A DNA stretch of 64,000 nucleotides from Clostridiales bacterium (GCA_015055835.1 SVHJ01000003.1:13257-77256), one strand, 5' to 3'; counted from the first letter of the stretch, positions 36,352 through 46,164 are shown. Program-made: numbers and translations. The notes: a model not told the origin generated them from the sequence alone.

Positions 36352-36696
36352 TTAGTTTCCTGAAATAAGCCCTTCTTTATACAATATTCCACACGCTGAG
36401 AACATTCTATGTGGCGTACATACCATTACTATATCCTTTGCTTTTGCAAGTTCAATAGTTTCTTGATCTGGCATTTTATTTCTAACAAAAACGATACATA
36501 ATACGTCTATCATTTCTGCAGTACGCACAACTTGTGGATTGCAAAGACCAGTGATTAATACAGCTTGATCTTTTGTATATGCTAACACGTCGCTCATCAT
36601 ATCCGAACCACAAGCCGAAATTACTTCTCTATCTGCTAAGTCTTCCCTGCAAATGATTGAGCCGTGTAACACTTCTGCTATCTCTCTTATTTTCAT
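36352..36696 (-). CDS. DRTGG-like domain protein (copy 1)
   Basis: The 114-aa protein has ..AVLITGLCNPQVVRTAEM.. and ..VCTPHRMFSACG.. resembling DRTGG-domain proteins. It is the first gene after hydC. Confidence 0.45.
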   Translation of the reverse strand: MKIREIAEVLHGSIICREDLADREVISACGSDMMSDVLAYTKDQAVLITGLCNPQVVRTAEMIDVLCIVFVRNKMPDQETIELAKAKDIVMVCTPHRMFSACGILYKEGLISGN

Positions 36697-36723
36697 AAGT
36701 TGCTCCTTAAAAGCCCTTAACGC

Positions 36724-37218
36724 TTAGTTGTATTTTGCTAAAATTCCTTCAACGTCTGCTGGTACTACTTTACCATATACGTCGTCGTTAACGGTTAATA
36801 CTGGTGCTAGACCACAACAACCGATACATCTTGTTGCATCTAAAGAGAACTTTCCATCAGCAGTAATTCCACCTGTTGGAATTCCTAATTGTTTTTCGAT
36901 TTCTGCAATTACGTCACCTGCGCCTTTTACGTAGCAAGCTGTACCTAAACATACTGCAACCTTGAATTTTCCCTTTGGTACTAAAGAGAATTGTGAATAG
37001 AACGTTGCTACGCCGTACACTTCTGATAGTGGTACGCCAATTTCTTCTGCAACGATAATTTGTACTTCACGTGGAAGATATTCGTAAATTTCTTGTGCTG
37101 CTTGTAATGCAGGCATTAATGCACCTTTTTGACCTTTTAATTGTTGTAACTTTTCTCTTAAAAGTTTCTCTTGTTCAGGTGTACCTTTGAATGGTAATGT
37201 CGTTTGCTTAGCCATCAT
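36724..37218 (-). CDS. hydC: NuoE-like [2Fe-2S] subunit of bifurcating hydrogenase (HydC)
   Basis: ALMPALQAAQEIYEYLP, CLGTACYVKGA and CIGCCGLAPV, the thioredoxin-like [2Fe-2S] pattern of NuoE/HydC. 164 aa. SD GGAGG upstream. Confidence 0.85.
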   Translation of the reverse strand: MMAKQTTLPFKGTPEQEKLLREKLQQLKGQKGALMPALQAAQEIYEYLPREVQIIVAEEIGVPLSEVYGVATFYSQFSLVPKGKFKVAVCLGTACYVKGAGDVIAEIEKQLGIPTGGITADGKFSLDATRCIGCCGLAPVLTVNDDVYGKVVPADVEGILAKYN

Positions 37219-37288
37219 AACCTCCGCTATTTATAAAAATTTTTTATTTTTCTTTTGATTAACGAAATATAAAAATCCGTTCTAAATT

Positions 37289-37317
37289 ATTTTATCACAA
37301 CAAAACCCTAATTGCAA
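37289..37317 (-). promoter_or_regulatory. Candidate sigma-A promoter of the hydrogenase operon (extended -10)
   Basis: On the minus strand: TTGCAA (37312-37317), 17-nt spacer, TGA-TAAAAT (-10 at 37289-37294), about 70 nt upstream of the hydC ATG. Confidence 0.45.
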
Positions 37318-37354
37318 GGGTTTTCAAGGGTTTTATTCTTTTTTTATCTTTATT

Positions 37355-37393
37355 TTTTAAAAAATAAAACCCGAATTTTTCTTTCGGGTTTTA
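37355..37393 (-). terminator. Rho-independent terminator after nrdR
   Basis: Minus-strand RNA has AAAACCCGAA-AGAAAAA-TTCGGGTTTT followed by ATTTTTT. Confidence 0.75.
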
Positions 37394-37418
37394 ACGTGTA
37401 TAAATATTGAATTTTTAT

Positions 37419-37880
37419 CTATTTTTCACTCTTTTTTATCATTGCTTCTAACTCAGCCATAAACGCTGATATATCCTTAAAAGAACGATAAACTGAGGCA
37501 AATCTTACGTAGGCTACTTCATCAATTTCTTTTAAGCCTTCCATTACCATTTCTCCTATTTCTTTACTGGTAATTTCTTGGTCTAAAGAGTTATATATTC
37601 TTTTTTGTATGTCGTCTACAAGTTTATCTATCTTAAACATTGGTACAGGGCGTTTTTCACACGCTCTTATAATACCACTTTTAATTTTTGAAGCATCAAA
37701 AGTTTGTCTATTTCCACTTGCTTTTACTACTAAAATAGGGGTGGTTTCAATAGTTTCGTAAGTCGTAAAACGTTTGCCACATTTTATACACTCACGCCTT
37801 CTTCTAATCATTGTTCCTTCTTCAGTTAATCTTGAATCAATTACCTTGCTGTCTAAATGACCACAATACATACACTTCAT
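37419..37880 (-). CDS. nrdR: Transcriptional repressor NrdR
   Basis: [17 protein letters not shown]...[12 protein letters not shown] zinc ribbon plus ATP-cone. 153 aa. Confidence 0.9.
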   Translation of the reverse strand: MKCMYCGHLDSKVIDSRLTEEGTMIRRRRECIKCGKRFTTYETIETTPILVVKASGNRQTFDASKIKSGIIRACEKRPVPMFKIDKLVDDIQKRIYNSLDQEITSKEIGEMVMEGLKEIDEVAYVRFASVYRSFKDISAFMAELEAMIKKSEK

Positions 37881-37968
37881 AGTAATATCTCCTCTTAATA
37901 GCTATATTTTAACATTTTTTAATGGTTTTGTCTATATTTTTTTAAAATTTACACAAATTAATTTACAA

Positions 37969-38265
37969 ATGAATATTTTAATTTACGTGTTAGCTATAGT
38001 TTACTTTTTGGCTATAAATTTTTACGGCGTTTTTATGCTTATTTTGCAAAAAAGACAAATTGATAGAGATGAAAAAGTTGATATCAAAGATGGTAAAATT
38101 TTACTATCCGGTCTTCTTGGTGGAGCGCTTGGAATTTTTATTTGTATGTTTATAATAAAGCACCACCTAAGGGACCTTTATATGATGGTTGTTATGCCCC
38201 TTTTTGCAACCCTTTCTATCTTTTTACTTTATATGCTTTTTAGTGGTGGATTTAGGATTATATAA
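37969..38265 (+). CDS. Small membrane protein (DUF1294-like)
   Basis: The 98-aa protein has 3 predicted TM helices, and the pattern (INFYGVFMLILQKRQIDRDEKVDIKDGKILLSGLLGGALG) resembles DUF1294. Low-information call. Confidence 0.45.
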   Translation: MNILIYVLAIVYFLAINFYGVFMLILQKRQIDRDEKVDIKDGKILLSGLLGGALGIFICMFIIKHHLRDLYMMVVMPLFATLSIFLLYMLFSGGFRII

Positions 38266-38296
38266 AAAAAGGAACTGATTTAATCAGTTCCTTTTA
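38264..38296. terminator. Bidirectional terminator between the DUF1294-like gene and clpX
   Basis: GGAACTGATT-T-AATCAGTTCC perfect hairpin (38271-38291) flanked by A7 and T4. Confidence 0.7.
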
Positions 38297-38297
38297 G

Positions 38298-39515
38298 TTA
38301 TGCTGTTTTTTTGATGATTTTAGGTTCTTTTTTATCTCTAACAACCTCTTCATCAATTATAACCTTTTCAATATCGTCGCTACCTGGTAGGTCGTACATT
38401 GTGTCTATCATAAGATTTTCAAATATTGTACGAAGTCCTCTTGCGCCCGTTTTTAGTTCTATTGCACGTTTTGCAACGGCCTCTACTGCACCGTCGGTTA
38501 TTTCAAGTTCTACGTTGTCAAAACCTATAAGCTTTTTATATTGCTTTACAAGCGCATTCTTTGGCTCTGTCATTATTTTTACAAGCGCCTTTTCATCTAA
38601 CGGATTTAGTCCTACGGTAATAGGAATTCTGCCGACAAATTCAGGAATTAAGCCATATTTAATAAGGTCTTCTGGTTGAACTTCGTGTAAAAATTTACCT
38701 TTGTTTTCATTGTTTTTAGAAGAAACGTTTCCACCAAAACCTAATGATGAATTTTCCTTTCTCTTCCCTACAATGTCATCAAGTCCAACAAATGCGCCAC
38801 CACATATAAATAATATATTAGTAGTGTCGATTTTTATATTTTCTTGTTGAGGGTGTTTTCTTCCCCCTTGAGGTGGTACTGAGGCGATAGTGCTTTCTAT
38901 AATTTTTAGTAAAGCTTGTTGAACGCCTTCACCTGAAACGTCACGAGTTATTGAAACGTTTTCACTTTTTCTTGCAATCTTATCAATTTCATCAATATAT
39001 ACTATGCCCATTTGAGCCTTTTCTATATCATAATCAGCTGCTTGAATTAGTTTTAATAAAATATTTTCAACGTCTTCCCCTACGTAACCGGCTTCAGTTA
39101 AAGTAGTTGCATCGCAAGAGGCAAAAGGTACGTCTAAAATTCTTGCTAAAGTTTTTGCAAGTAAAGTTTTACCACTACCAGTTGGTCCTAAAACTAAAAT
39201 ATTACTTTTATCTAGTTCAACCTCGTCATCTTTTTGAGGGTTGGTTATCCTTTTATAGTGGTTATAAACAGCCACTGAGAGCGTCTTTTTAGCTTCGTCT
39301 TGTCCTATAACGTAATCATCAAGTTTTTCCTTGATTTGTTGTGGTTTTAATAACGTAAACTGTTTGCTCTTTTTAACGTTATTTTCCTTTAATATTTCTT
39401 GACAAATTTCAATACATTCATCACAAATATAAGAACCACTTGGCCCTGCTATAAGATTTTTAACTTCGCTTTTTTGTCTTCCGCAAAAGGAACAAATTTC
39501 TTCGTTATCTTTCAT
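38298..39515 (-). CDS. clpX: ATP-dependent Clp protease ATP-binding subunit ClpX
   Basis: N-terminal zinc finger CSFCGR...CDECI, Walker [25 protein letters not shown]. Confidence 0.95.
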   Translation of the reverse strand: MKDNEEICSFCGRQKSEVKNLIAGPSGSYICDECIEICQEILKENNVKKSKQFTLLKPQQIKEKLDDYVIGQDEAKKTLSVAVYNHYKRITNPQKDDEVELDKSNILVLGPTGSGKTLLAKTLARILDVPFASCDATTLTEAGYVGEDVENILLKLIQAADYDIEKAQMGIVYIDEIDKIARKSENVSITRDVSGEGVQQALLKIIESTIASVPPQGGRKHPQQENIKIDTTNILFICGGAFVGLDDIVGKRKENSSLGFGGNVSSKNNENKGKFLHEVQPEDLIKYGLIPEFVGRIPITVGLNPLDEKALVKIMTEPKNALVKQYKKLIGFDNVELEITDGAVEAVAKRAIELKTGARGLRTIFENLMIDTMYDLPGSDDIEKVIIDEEVVRDKKEPKIIKKTA

Positions 39516-39529
39516 TTAATTCTCCGTTA

Positions 39530-40126
39530 TTATGGTCTTTGATAAAAAATTTCGTCTATTAATCCGTATTCTTTTGCTTCTTCGGCTGAAAGATAATTAT
39601 CTCTATCAGTGTCTTTTTCAACTTGTTCGTAAGGTTTACCACTGTTCTTTGCTAGAATAGTGTTTAAACGCTTTTTAGTTTTTAAAATGTGGTCGGCTTG
39701 AATTTTTATATCACTAGCTTGACCTTGTGCCCCACCTAAAGGTTGGTGAATCATTATTTCACTGTTTGGAAGAGCGTATCTTTTACCTTTAGTGCCACTT
39801 GAAAGAAGAAATGCGCCCATACTTGCTGCTAAACCGATACAAATAGTAGTTACGTCACATTTTATATAGTTAATAGTATCGTAAATAGCTAAACCTGCCG
39901 TTACGCTTCCACCAGGGCTGTTAATGTATAGACAAATATCTTTGTTTGGGTCTTTACCTTCTAAGTAGATAAGTTGCGCAACTACTGCGTCTGCTACTTG
40001 GTCGTTAATTTCACCAGTTAAAAAGATAATTCTATCTTCTAATAGTCTTGAGTATATGTCATAACTTCTTTCGCCTTTACTAGTTTGTTCTACAACGTAA
40101 GGTACTACGGTATTTCTTTCTCTCAT
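39530..40126 (-). CDS. clpP: ATP-dependent Clp protease proteolytic subunit
   Basis: [15 protein letters not shown], the active-site GLAASMGAF Ser, and IMIHQP His. 198 aa. Confidence 0.95.
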   Translation of the reverse strand: MRERNTVVPYVVEQTSKGERSYDIYSRLLEDRIIFLTGEINDQVADAVVAQLIYLEGKDPNKDICLYINSPGGSVTAGLAIYDTINYIKCDVTTICIGLAASMGAFLLSSGTKGKRYALPNSEIMIHQPLGGAQGQASDIKIQADHILKTKKRLNTILAKNSGKPYEQVEKDTDRDNYLSAEEAKEYGLIDEIFYQRP

Positions 40127-40143
40127 TACTTCACCTTAAAAAC

Positions 40144-41430
40144 TTATTTTATTTCGTTTTCCTTCTTTAAGAAGTCGAATAATTTCTTAATAATAATGTC
40201 GTTTTTGATGTATTCTACTTGTTTAGTATCCATCTTTTCGCTAACGTCAATTGGCTTTTTGCCTTGCTTTTCAGCCATTTCGTTAATTCTTTCTTGAACT
40301 TCTTCATCAGTAGCGTCAATCTTTTCAGCATCTAAAATTGCACCGATTACGAATTGAGATTTAAGCATTTCTCTTGCTTGTCCTTCAAAGTTCTTTCTGT
40401 AATCTGCCATTGTGATGTTCATGTATTTTAAGTAGTCTTCAAGTTTTAAACCTTGGTACATCATTCTGTATTCCATATCTTGTACCATGCTGTCAATTTG
40501 GTCTTCAACTACGCTATCGTTTAATTCAACTTGGCTGTCATCAGCGATGAACTTAATAATTTTGTTTTCAAGTTCTCTTTCAGCTCTGTCAGCGTTCATC
40601 TTTTCTAAACGTTCTTTAGTTTCCTTTTTGTATGCGTCTAAACTTTCAGCACCTGCTGCTTCCTTAATAAATTCGTCGTTAACTTCAGGAAGTTCAGTTT
40701 TCTTAATTTCGTGTAATTTAACGTGGAAAACTGCATCCTTTCCTTTTAAGTTTTCAGCGTGATATTCTTCAGGGAATTTAACAGAAATATCTCTTTCTTC
40801 ACCGATAGCCATACCAACTACTTGATCTTCAAATCCTGGGATAAATTGTCCACTACCTAAAGTTAAAGGTTGCTTTTCAGCTGTGCCACCGTCAAACTTA
40901 ACGCCGTCAACTGAACCAGAGTAGTCGATAATTACGTTATCACCGTTTTCACAAGCTCTATCAGTTACGTCAATTAGTCTTGAATTTCTTTCCCTAAGTC
41001 TTTTAATTTCTTCTTCGATATCTTTATCTTCTACATTATACTCAACTTTATCAAATTTTATACCTTTGTATGCGCCAAGTTTTACTTCAGGCTTTACTGG
41101 TACTACTGCTACTAAAGTTATACCCTTTTCATCAATCTTTTCAATATCTAAGCTAGGTCTTGCAATAACTTCGATAGATGGTTCTTTGTCTAATACTTCA
41201 CCATAATATTTAGGGAAACAATCGTTAATAGCATCTTCAAAGAAAATTCCAGCGCCATATGCGTTTTCTAAAACTTTCATAGGAACTTTACCCTTTCTAA
41301 AGCCTTGCATTGAGTATTGACCCTTTGTTTTGTTGTAAGCATTTTCTCTTGCTTGTTGCCATTCCTTAGCGTCTAAGGTAATGCGAATTTTTACTGAGTT
41401 CTTTTCAGCCTTTTCAAATTTATATTTCAT
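40144..41430 (-). CDS. tig: Trigger factor
   Basis: GFRKGKVP ribosome-binding signature, central FKBP-type PPIase (VIIDYSGSVDGVKFDGG), and the conserved tig-clpP-clpX order. Confidence 0.9.
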   Translation of the reverse strand: MKYKFEKAEKNSVKIRITLDAKEWQQARENAYNKTKGQYSMQGFRKGKVPMKVLENAYGAGIFFEDAINDCFPKYYGEVLDKEPSIEVIARPSLDIEKIDEKGITLVAVVPVKPEVKLGAYKGIKFDKVEYNVEDKDIEEEIKRLRERNSRLIDVTDRACENGDNVIIDYSGSVDGVKFDGGTAEKQPLTLGSGQFIPGFEDQVVGMAIGEERDISVKFPEEYHAENLKGKDAVFHVKLHEIKKTELPEVNDEFIKEAAGAESLDAYKKETKERLEKMNADRAERELENKIIKFIADDSQVELNDSVVEDQIDSMVQDMEYRMMYQGLKLEDYLKYMNITMADYRKNFEGQAREMLKSQFVIGAILDAEKIDATDEEVQERINEMAEKQGKKPIDVSEKMDTKQVEYIKNDIIIKKLFDFLKKENEIK

Positions 41431-41501
41431 AATACTCTCCTATTATTTATTCTTTAGATTCTTAAATATTTTACCATAGTTTTTAAAAAAAGCAAACCGT
41501 T

Positions 41502-43205
41502 TTAATTACTTTTTATAAATTCTTCGTGATTACTTGGGTTTACCACCAAAGTTTCGTTGGTTTGGTAGATAAAAAAGCCTAATTTTGACTTAGGTGGCTT
41601 TTTAACGTGTTTTTTTAAGGTGAAGTCAACCTCTATTTTATCGCCGTATCTGCCCTTTGAATAATATGCACATATCTCTGCGCCTATTTTTATTATCTCT
41701 TCACTAACTGGTCTACCTTCGTTTTCAATTATAACGTGGGCTGACGGATAATTTTTTGTATGAATCCATAAGTCCTTAGGCTTTGCTGAACTTGTGAGTT
41801 CTTCGTTTGAAACGTTGTTTTTGCCTACCTTAATTTTTACCCCGTTTACTTCGTAAAGCCTATAATTTATTTCCTTTTTCTTTTTGTTTTTAGGTTGGTT
41901 TTGTCCCCTTATAATGCCTGAAATAAGCAGTTCACTTTCAACGTGAGTAAGGTCCTCTTTATTTAATGCAAGATTAAGTTCATCTTCAACGCTATCAAGA
42001 TAATTTAGTTCAAGCAAAATCTCCTCTTTTTGAGGTAAAATTGAAGCAAGCGTTCTTTTTTGTTTGTTGTATTTTTTAAAGTAGTTTTGCGAGTTTTTTG
42101 ATACTGATAAACTTTTATCTAAGGCTATTTTTATTTGACTGCCGTCGTAATAATTATCAAGCACCACAAACTCTTCCGTTCCTTTAATTTTATAAGAATT
42201 TGATAAAAGAAGTTCCCCTTTAATTCTATTAATCTCCATATCGCTAGAGTTCCTTTCTTTATCTTCTATTATTTGCAAACGCTTTTTAAGTTTTTTTCTA
42301 TAAGCATTTATGCCGGAAAGCAGTTTGTTTTTCTTTTCCGTTATTTGTTTTTTATTTTCCTTTTCTAAATAATATAAATCTTGCGCTTTATAAATATTAT
42401 CAAAAAACACCCTTTCCCCAGATATGCTTTTATAATCTAAAACAAAAAAGTCCAAGTTTTTTTCTAGCGCCTTTATTATACAAGGATTTACCTTTGTGTT
42501 TAGTAAAAAATCTATTAAAAATTGACTAAATTCTTCCGTGTCAGGTATATTTTGAATATCTTTTTTGTTGAAAAACCTAACCACAATTTCAGTTGCAGTT
42601 TCCTTTGATATACCCATTATTCCGTTAAAGATATAACTTACTAAATCGCCACCTGAAAACTTGTTGATAAACTCAAAAATTCTTTCCTTTTCACATGGAG
42701 AAATTTTTTCTTGTTTTGGTGGCATTTTATATTCTAGCCCAGTTAAAATTGGTCTAACGGACATTTCTTCAAGTGAAGCCGTTTTTATTGAACCTAAAAT
42801 TTTACCGTTAAATAGTAGCATTATATTGCTGTATTTACCCATAATTTCAGCAATTAAAACCTTTTCTTCCTCTTCAAAAAAGTCGTTTTTATTTATAAAA
42901 GTAAACTTAATTATTCTTTCAAATTCCAACTGCTCTATCTTCTCTAGCGTTGCACCCGTTAAATGCTTTCTAAGTAGCATGCAAAAATTGAACGGTACTA
43001 TTGGATTTTCACTTTCTCCGTTTGTTATTACCGTTCTTGCAGTTGATGCGTTGGCTGAAATAAGTAGTTTATAAACCGTGCCTTTATATATGCTTATTAT
43101 AATTTCATCAGATTTTGGCTCAGTTATCTTATTTACCTTTCCACCACTTAAAATTTGATTAAGTTCTTCTGCTACGTATTTTAGCGTAAATGCGTCTTGT
43201 GGCAT
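41502..43205 (-). CDS. rqcH: NFACT/FbpA-family ribosome quality control protein (RqcH-like)
   Basis: The 567-aa protein has an N-terminal NFACT-N region (DAFTLKYVAEELNQILSGGKVNKI), a central coiled coil, and a C-terminal NFACT-R region (WIHTKNYPSAHVII). Confidence 0.75.
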   Translation of the reverse strand: MPQDAFTLKYVAEELNQILSGGKVNKITEPKSDEIIISIYKGTVYKLLISANASTARTVITNGESENPIVPFNFCMLLRKHLTGATLEKIEQLEFERIIKFTFINKNDFFEEEEKVLIAEIMGKYSNIMLLFNGKILGSIKTASLEEMSVRPILTGLEYKMPPKQEKISPCEKERIFEFINKFSGGDLVSYIFNGIMGISKETATEIVVRFFNKKDIQNIPDTEEFSQFLIDFLLNTKVNPCIIKALEKNLDFFVLDYKSISGERVFFDNIYKAQDLYYLEKENKKQITEKKNKLLSGINAYRKKLKKRLQIIEDKERNSSDMEINRIKGELLLSNSYKIKGTEEFVVLDNYYDGSQIKIALDKSLSVSKNSQNYFKKYNKQKRTLASILPQKEEILLELNYLDSVEDELNLALNKEDLTHVESELLISGIIRGQNQPKNKKKKEINYRLYEVNGVKIKVGKNNVSNEELTSSAKPKDLWIHTKNYPSAHVIIENEGRPVSEEIIKIGAEICAYYSKGRYGDKIEVDFTLKKHVKKPPKSKLGFFIYQTNETLVVNPSNHEEFIKSN

Positions 43206-43217
43206 AATGTTCCTATA

Positions 43218-44039
43218 CTATATTTCAAAAGTTTTACCGTTTAAGTAGTAAAGTGGACTTTCTTTTTCAAAATTTAATTTAAGTTTATAAGCTTTTAGTT
43301 CTTGTTTTGTTTTTTTGAACTTTTTATTTATATCCCCCCTACCGTACTTGCCGTCGCCTATTACGAAATGACCGATATGCGCAAAATGCGCCCTTATTTG
43401 GTGGGTTTTGCCGGTATGAAGAAGTATTTCTACCAAAGTAGTTTGTAAACTTTCACTTTCTATATCTATGGTTTTCCTTTCTAAAACTTTATATTCCGTT
43501 ATAATTTTGCTAGAATTTTCTACCTTGTTATCATAAATTTTTACTAACCCTTTAGTACCGTCTTTTTTTAGATACGCAGTCATTATTTCATTGTCTTTTT
43601 TTAGATTTCCAAAAAGGGTGGCTAAATAATATTTTTCAAAAGTTCTATTTTTAAAGCCTTTTAATAGTTCTTCGTTTGATGTTTCATTTTTAGCAAAAAT
43701 CATTAAACCAGAAGTGTTCCTATCTAATCTATGTATAAAAAACGCCTTTTCTTTTATGCTTTCAAACACAGTTTCAGATAAAATTCCTTGTGGCTTATTT
43801 ATTACCAAAATATCTTGGTTTTCAAAAACTATATCGTATAACTTTTTTTCAGTTTCTTTATAATAAACGGATACTTTATCCCCTGCTTTTAAAACTAAAT
43901 CAGTCGATACTCTTTTTCCGTTTACTTTTATATCTTTGTTTTTTAATATTTTTTGTATAGAAAAATAGCCTATTCCTAATTTTTCTTCTAGTAGGCTACT
44001 TATCTTTTTATTTTCTTCTACAAAAAATTCTTTTAACAT
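43218..44039 (-). CDS. RluA-family pseudouridine synthase with an N-terminal S4-like domain
   Basis: HRLDRNTSGLMIFAKN catalytic Asp motif, GKTHQIRAHFAHIGHFVIGDGKYG. 273 aa. Confidence 0.85.
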   Translation of the reverse strand: MLKEFFVEENKKISSLLEEKLGIGYFSIQKILKNKDIKVNGKRVSTDLVLKAGDKVSVYYKETEKKLYDIVFENQDILVINKPQGILSETVFESIKEKAFFIHRLDRNTSGLMIFAKNETSNEELLKGFKNRTFEKYYLATLFGNLKKDNEIMTAYLKKDGTKGLVKIYDNKVENSSKIITEYKVLERKTIDIESESLQTTLVEILLHTGKTHQIRAHFAHIGHFVIGDGKYGRGDINKKFKKTKQELKAYKLKLNFEKESPLYYLNGKTFEI

Positions 44040-44049
44040 ATCTTTAGAT

Positions 44050-44090
44050 AAAAAAAGCTTTAAGCAAAGTCAGCTTAAAGCTTTTTGTTT
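44050..44090 (-). terminator. Rho-independent terminator after the 629-aa surface protein gene
   Basis: Minus-strand RNA has AAGCTTTAAGC-loop-GCTTAAAGCTT followed by T7. Confidence 0.7.
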
Positions 44091-44091
44091 T

Positions 44092-45981
44092 TTAGTCTTC
44101 TTTTTGTTTAGGCTTAATACATAAAACAACTATTAAACCTATTAGTGAAAGCGTGCCAACCGTTAAGAAAATAAATGACGCTGTATTGTTTTCTAACCAA
44201 ACGATAAAGCCATCGTTTAACGTGTCAATTTCGTCTTGTACTAAAATAAACGTTTCACCATCAGCTTCTCTATTTGAGTAAGTAGTTGAAATTTCACAAG
44301 TGATTTTGTATTCACCTTTCATTGTAGGTGTGAAAGTTAATTTTCCGTCATAAGCAATCTTCTTCACAGCATCAACGTCTTTAATTCCGATAGTCTTTAA
44401 TGCAGTAAAGTCATAACTGTCATCAATCTTCTTTTCTGCTGGAATTTCTACCCAGTTTGCTGATTCGTTTGCCCTATAATATAGTTTATATACACTGTTA
44501 TAGTCAGCGCCGATTATATCAAAACTTTCTGCTACGTATTTAACGTTTAAGAAACCGTTTTCTTGTGTTGCGCCAGAAACTACCATTGGAGCGTCGTCTT
44601 TTATAGTAAAGTTAAATACGTACTTGCCATATTTTTCAGCAAGTCCAATAATTTTACCATCATCATCTTTTTCAACGAAATCTTCTTCACTCATTTTATT
44701 ATTTTCTAAGTCGTTAAATACAACGAAGAAAGTATAGTCGCCTGCTTCTTCAATAGGAATTGATAAAGATGCAGTTTCACCTGAAGTTGATGGAGTGTAG
44801 TAGTGAACTACGTATTTTAAATCACTATAACCAACTAAATCATCATATACTAAACTCTTCATAGTAGGTATAGTTAGTTTTTGATTTTCACCGATTTGAA
44901 TATAATGTTCTTCCGTTTTACCGTTAACCGTATATTCTTTTTTAGTTGCTTTTTCTAATTCTTTTCTAAATTGTTCAATTGCAACGTCGTCGTCATTGTA
45001 AACTGGAGCAGTCTTATCATAGCCTTCGCCTTTTACCATACCAGTTATTTCAACTTCTTTATAAACTTCAGTATCCTTTACGATAGAAAGTGTTGCGTTA
45101 GGCTTAGTTAACATAAACGTTGCAGAAGTATCGCCATTTGAAACAACGGCTATACCATCACCATCTTTTACCGTTAACTTTACAGAAGTTGTCATTGGAG
45201 TTACGTTTATTGCATTCCAAGAAATTCTTAAAGTTGTGTTTTGATATTTAACGCATCTTAATGCGCCAGTTTCATCATATGAGAAGAATTCGTTATCAAC
45301 AACGATAACAGGTTTAGTTTCTTTCTTTAAAACATCACCTTCAACTTCAAAGTCTTGTAAATAGTCGCTATCCGTTGCTTTTTGAGTAATGCTATCAATA
45401 CTAAATTCCGTTTCTTCTTTTACGTCAAAAACAAACGCTAAATTTGCAGTAGTCGTATCTTGAACTTCAACCCTGTAATCTTCTTTACCATTTAAAAGGT
45501 TTTCGCCGTTTACCGTAGGAAGAATAAATCCGTCTTCAACCTTTATTTTTAACGTAATTTCTTCAGCAGAAGAAATTTCTTTATTAGTACCGTCGTTAAA
45601 GTTCGCAATTAAAGTCGTACCATCCAATTTTAAAGTTAGTACGTTTGTAACTTCATCTTTATAAAAACCTTTTGAAGTTAATTCGATTTTTAACGTTTCA
45701 ATTTTATCAGTATAGTTGAAAACCATTTCAAAATCATCAATAGCCACTTTACTGAAATATTTTACCGTAGAATCTTCCTTTATTAAAGTAGTAAGTTTGC
45801 CGTTTTCTATAGTAGAATCTAATCTTCCATTAACGCCCTCTACTCCTACAAAATAACTGTTTGTTGTAATTTTACCATCAGTTGCTTTTGCTACGTTCGT
45901 ATTTACTAAAAATGCCATACCAAAAACTAACGTGATTGCAACTAATATTAAAATAAGTTTGTTTTTTAACGTGTTAATCAT
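44092..45981 (-). CDS. Hypothetical secreted/surface protein (629 aa) with an N-terminal signal peptide and a C-terminal TM anchor
   Basis: Signal LILILVAITLVFGMAFLVNTNVAKA. The body is long, beta-rich and Thr/Val/Asp-rich. The C-terminus is FIFLTVGTLSLIGLIVVLCIKPKQKED. No recognisable catalytic motif. Confidence 0.5.
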   Translation of the reverse strand: MINTLKNKLILILVAITLVFGMAFLVNTNVAKATDGKITTNSYFVGVEGVNGRLDSTIENGKLTTLIKEDSTVKYFSKVAIDDFEMVFNYTDKIETLKIELTSKGFYKDEVTNVLTLKLDGTTLIANFNDGTNKEISSAEEITLKIKVEDGFILPTVNGENLLNGKEDYRVEVQDTTTANLAFVFDVKEETEFSIDSITQKATDSDYLQDFEVEGDVLKKETKPVIVVDNEFFSYDETGALRCVKYQNTTLRISWNAINVTPMTTSVKLTVKDGDGIAVVSNGDTSATFMLTKPNATLSIVKDTEVYKEVEITGMVKGEGYDKTAPVYNDDDVAIEQFRKELEKATKKEYTVNGKTEEHYIQIGENQKLTIPTMKSLVYDDLVGYSDLKYVVHYYTPSTSGETASLSIPIEEAGDYTFFVVFNDLENNKMSEEDFVEKDDDGKIIGLAEKYGKYVFNFTIKDDAPMVVSGATQENGFLNVKYVAESFDIIGADYNSVYKLYYRANESANWVEIPAEKKIDDSYDFTALKTIGIKDVDAVKKIAYDGKLTFTPTMKGEYKITCEISTTYSNREADGETFILVQDEIDTLNDGFIVWLENNTASFIFLTVGTLSLIGLIVVLCIKPKQKED

Positions 45982-46164
45982 TTATTTAAACTCCTACAAA
46001 TGTAAATAATATTACAATCTACAATATTTTACACAAAATTTTTAGCTTTGTCAATCTTCTTTTTATACATATTTATATATTTTAAAATTTTTCTTTAACC
46101 TTTTTATATATTTTTTTCATATATTACTATAAGTTTTACTTTAGATTAAAGGATTGATATACTT

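Noticed and set aside
37262-37300. A Rex (redox repressor) operator upstream of the hydrogenase operon.
   Set aside because: I looked for TTGTGAA-N6-TTCACAA or TTGTTAA-N4-TTAACAA. Only a half-site-like TATCACAA is present, plus a poor imperfect inverted repeat TTAACG...CGTTCTAA. Neither is a convincing match.
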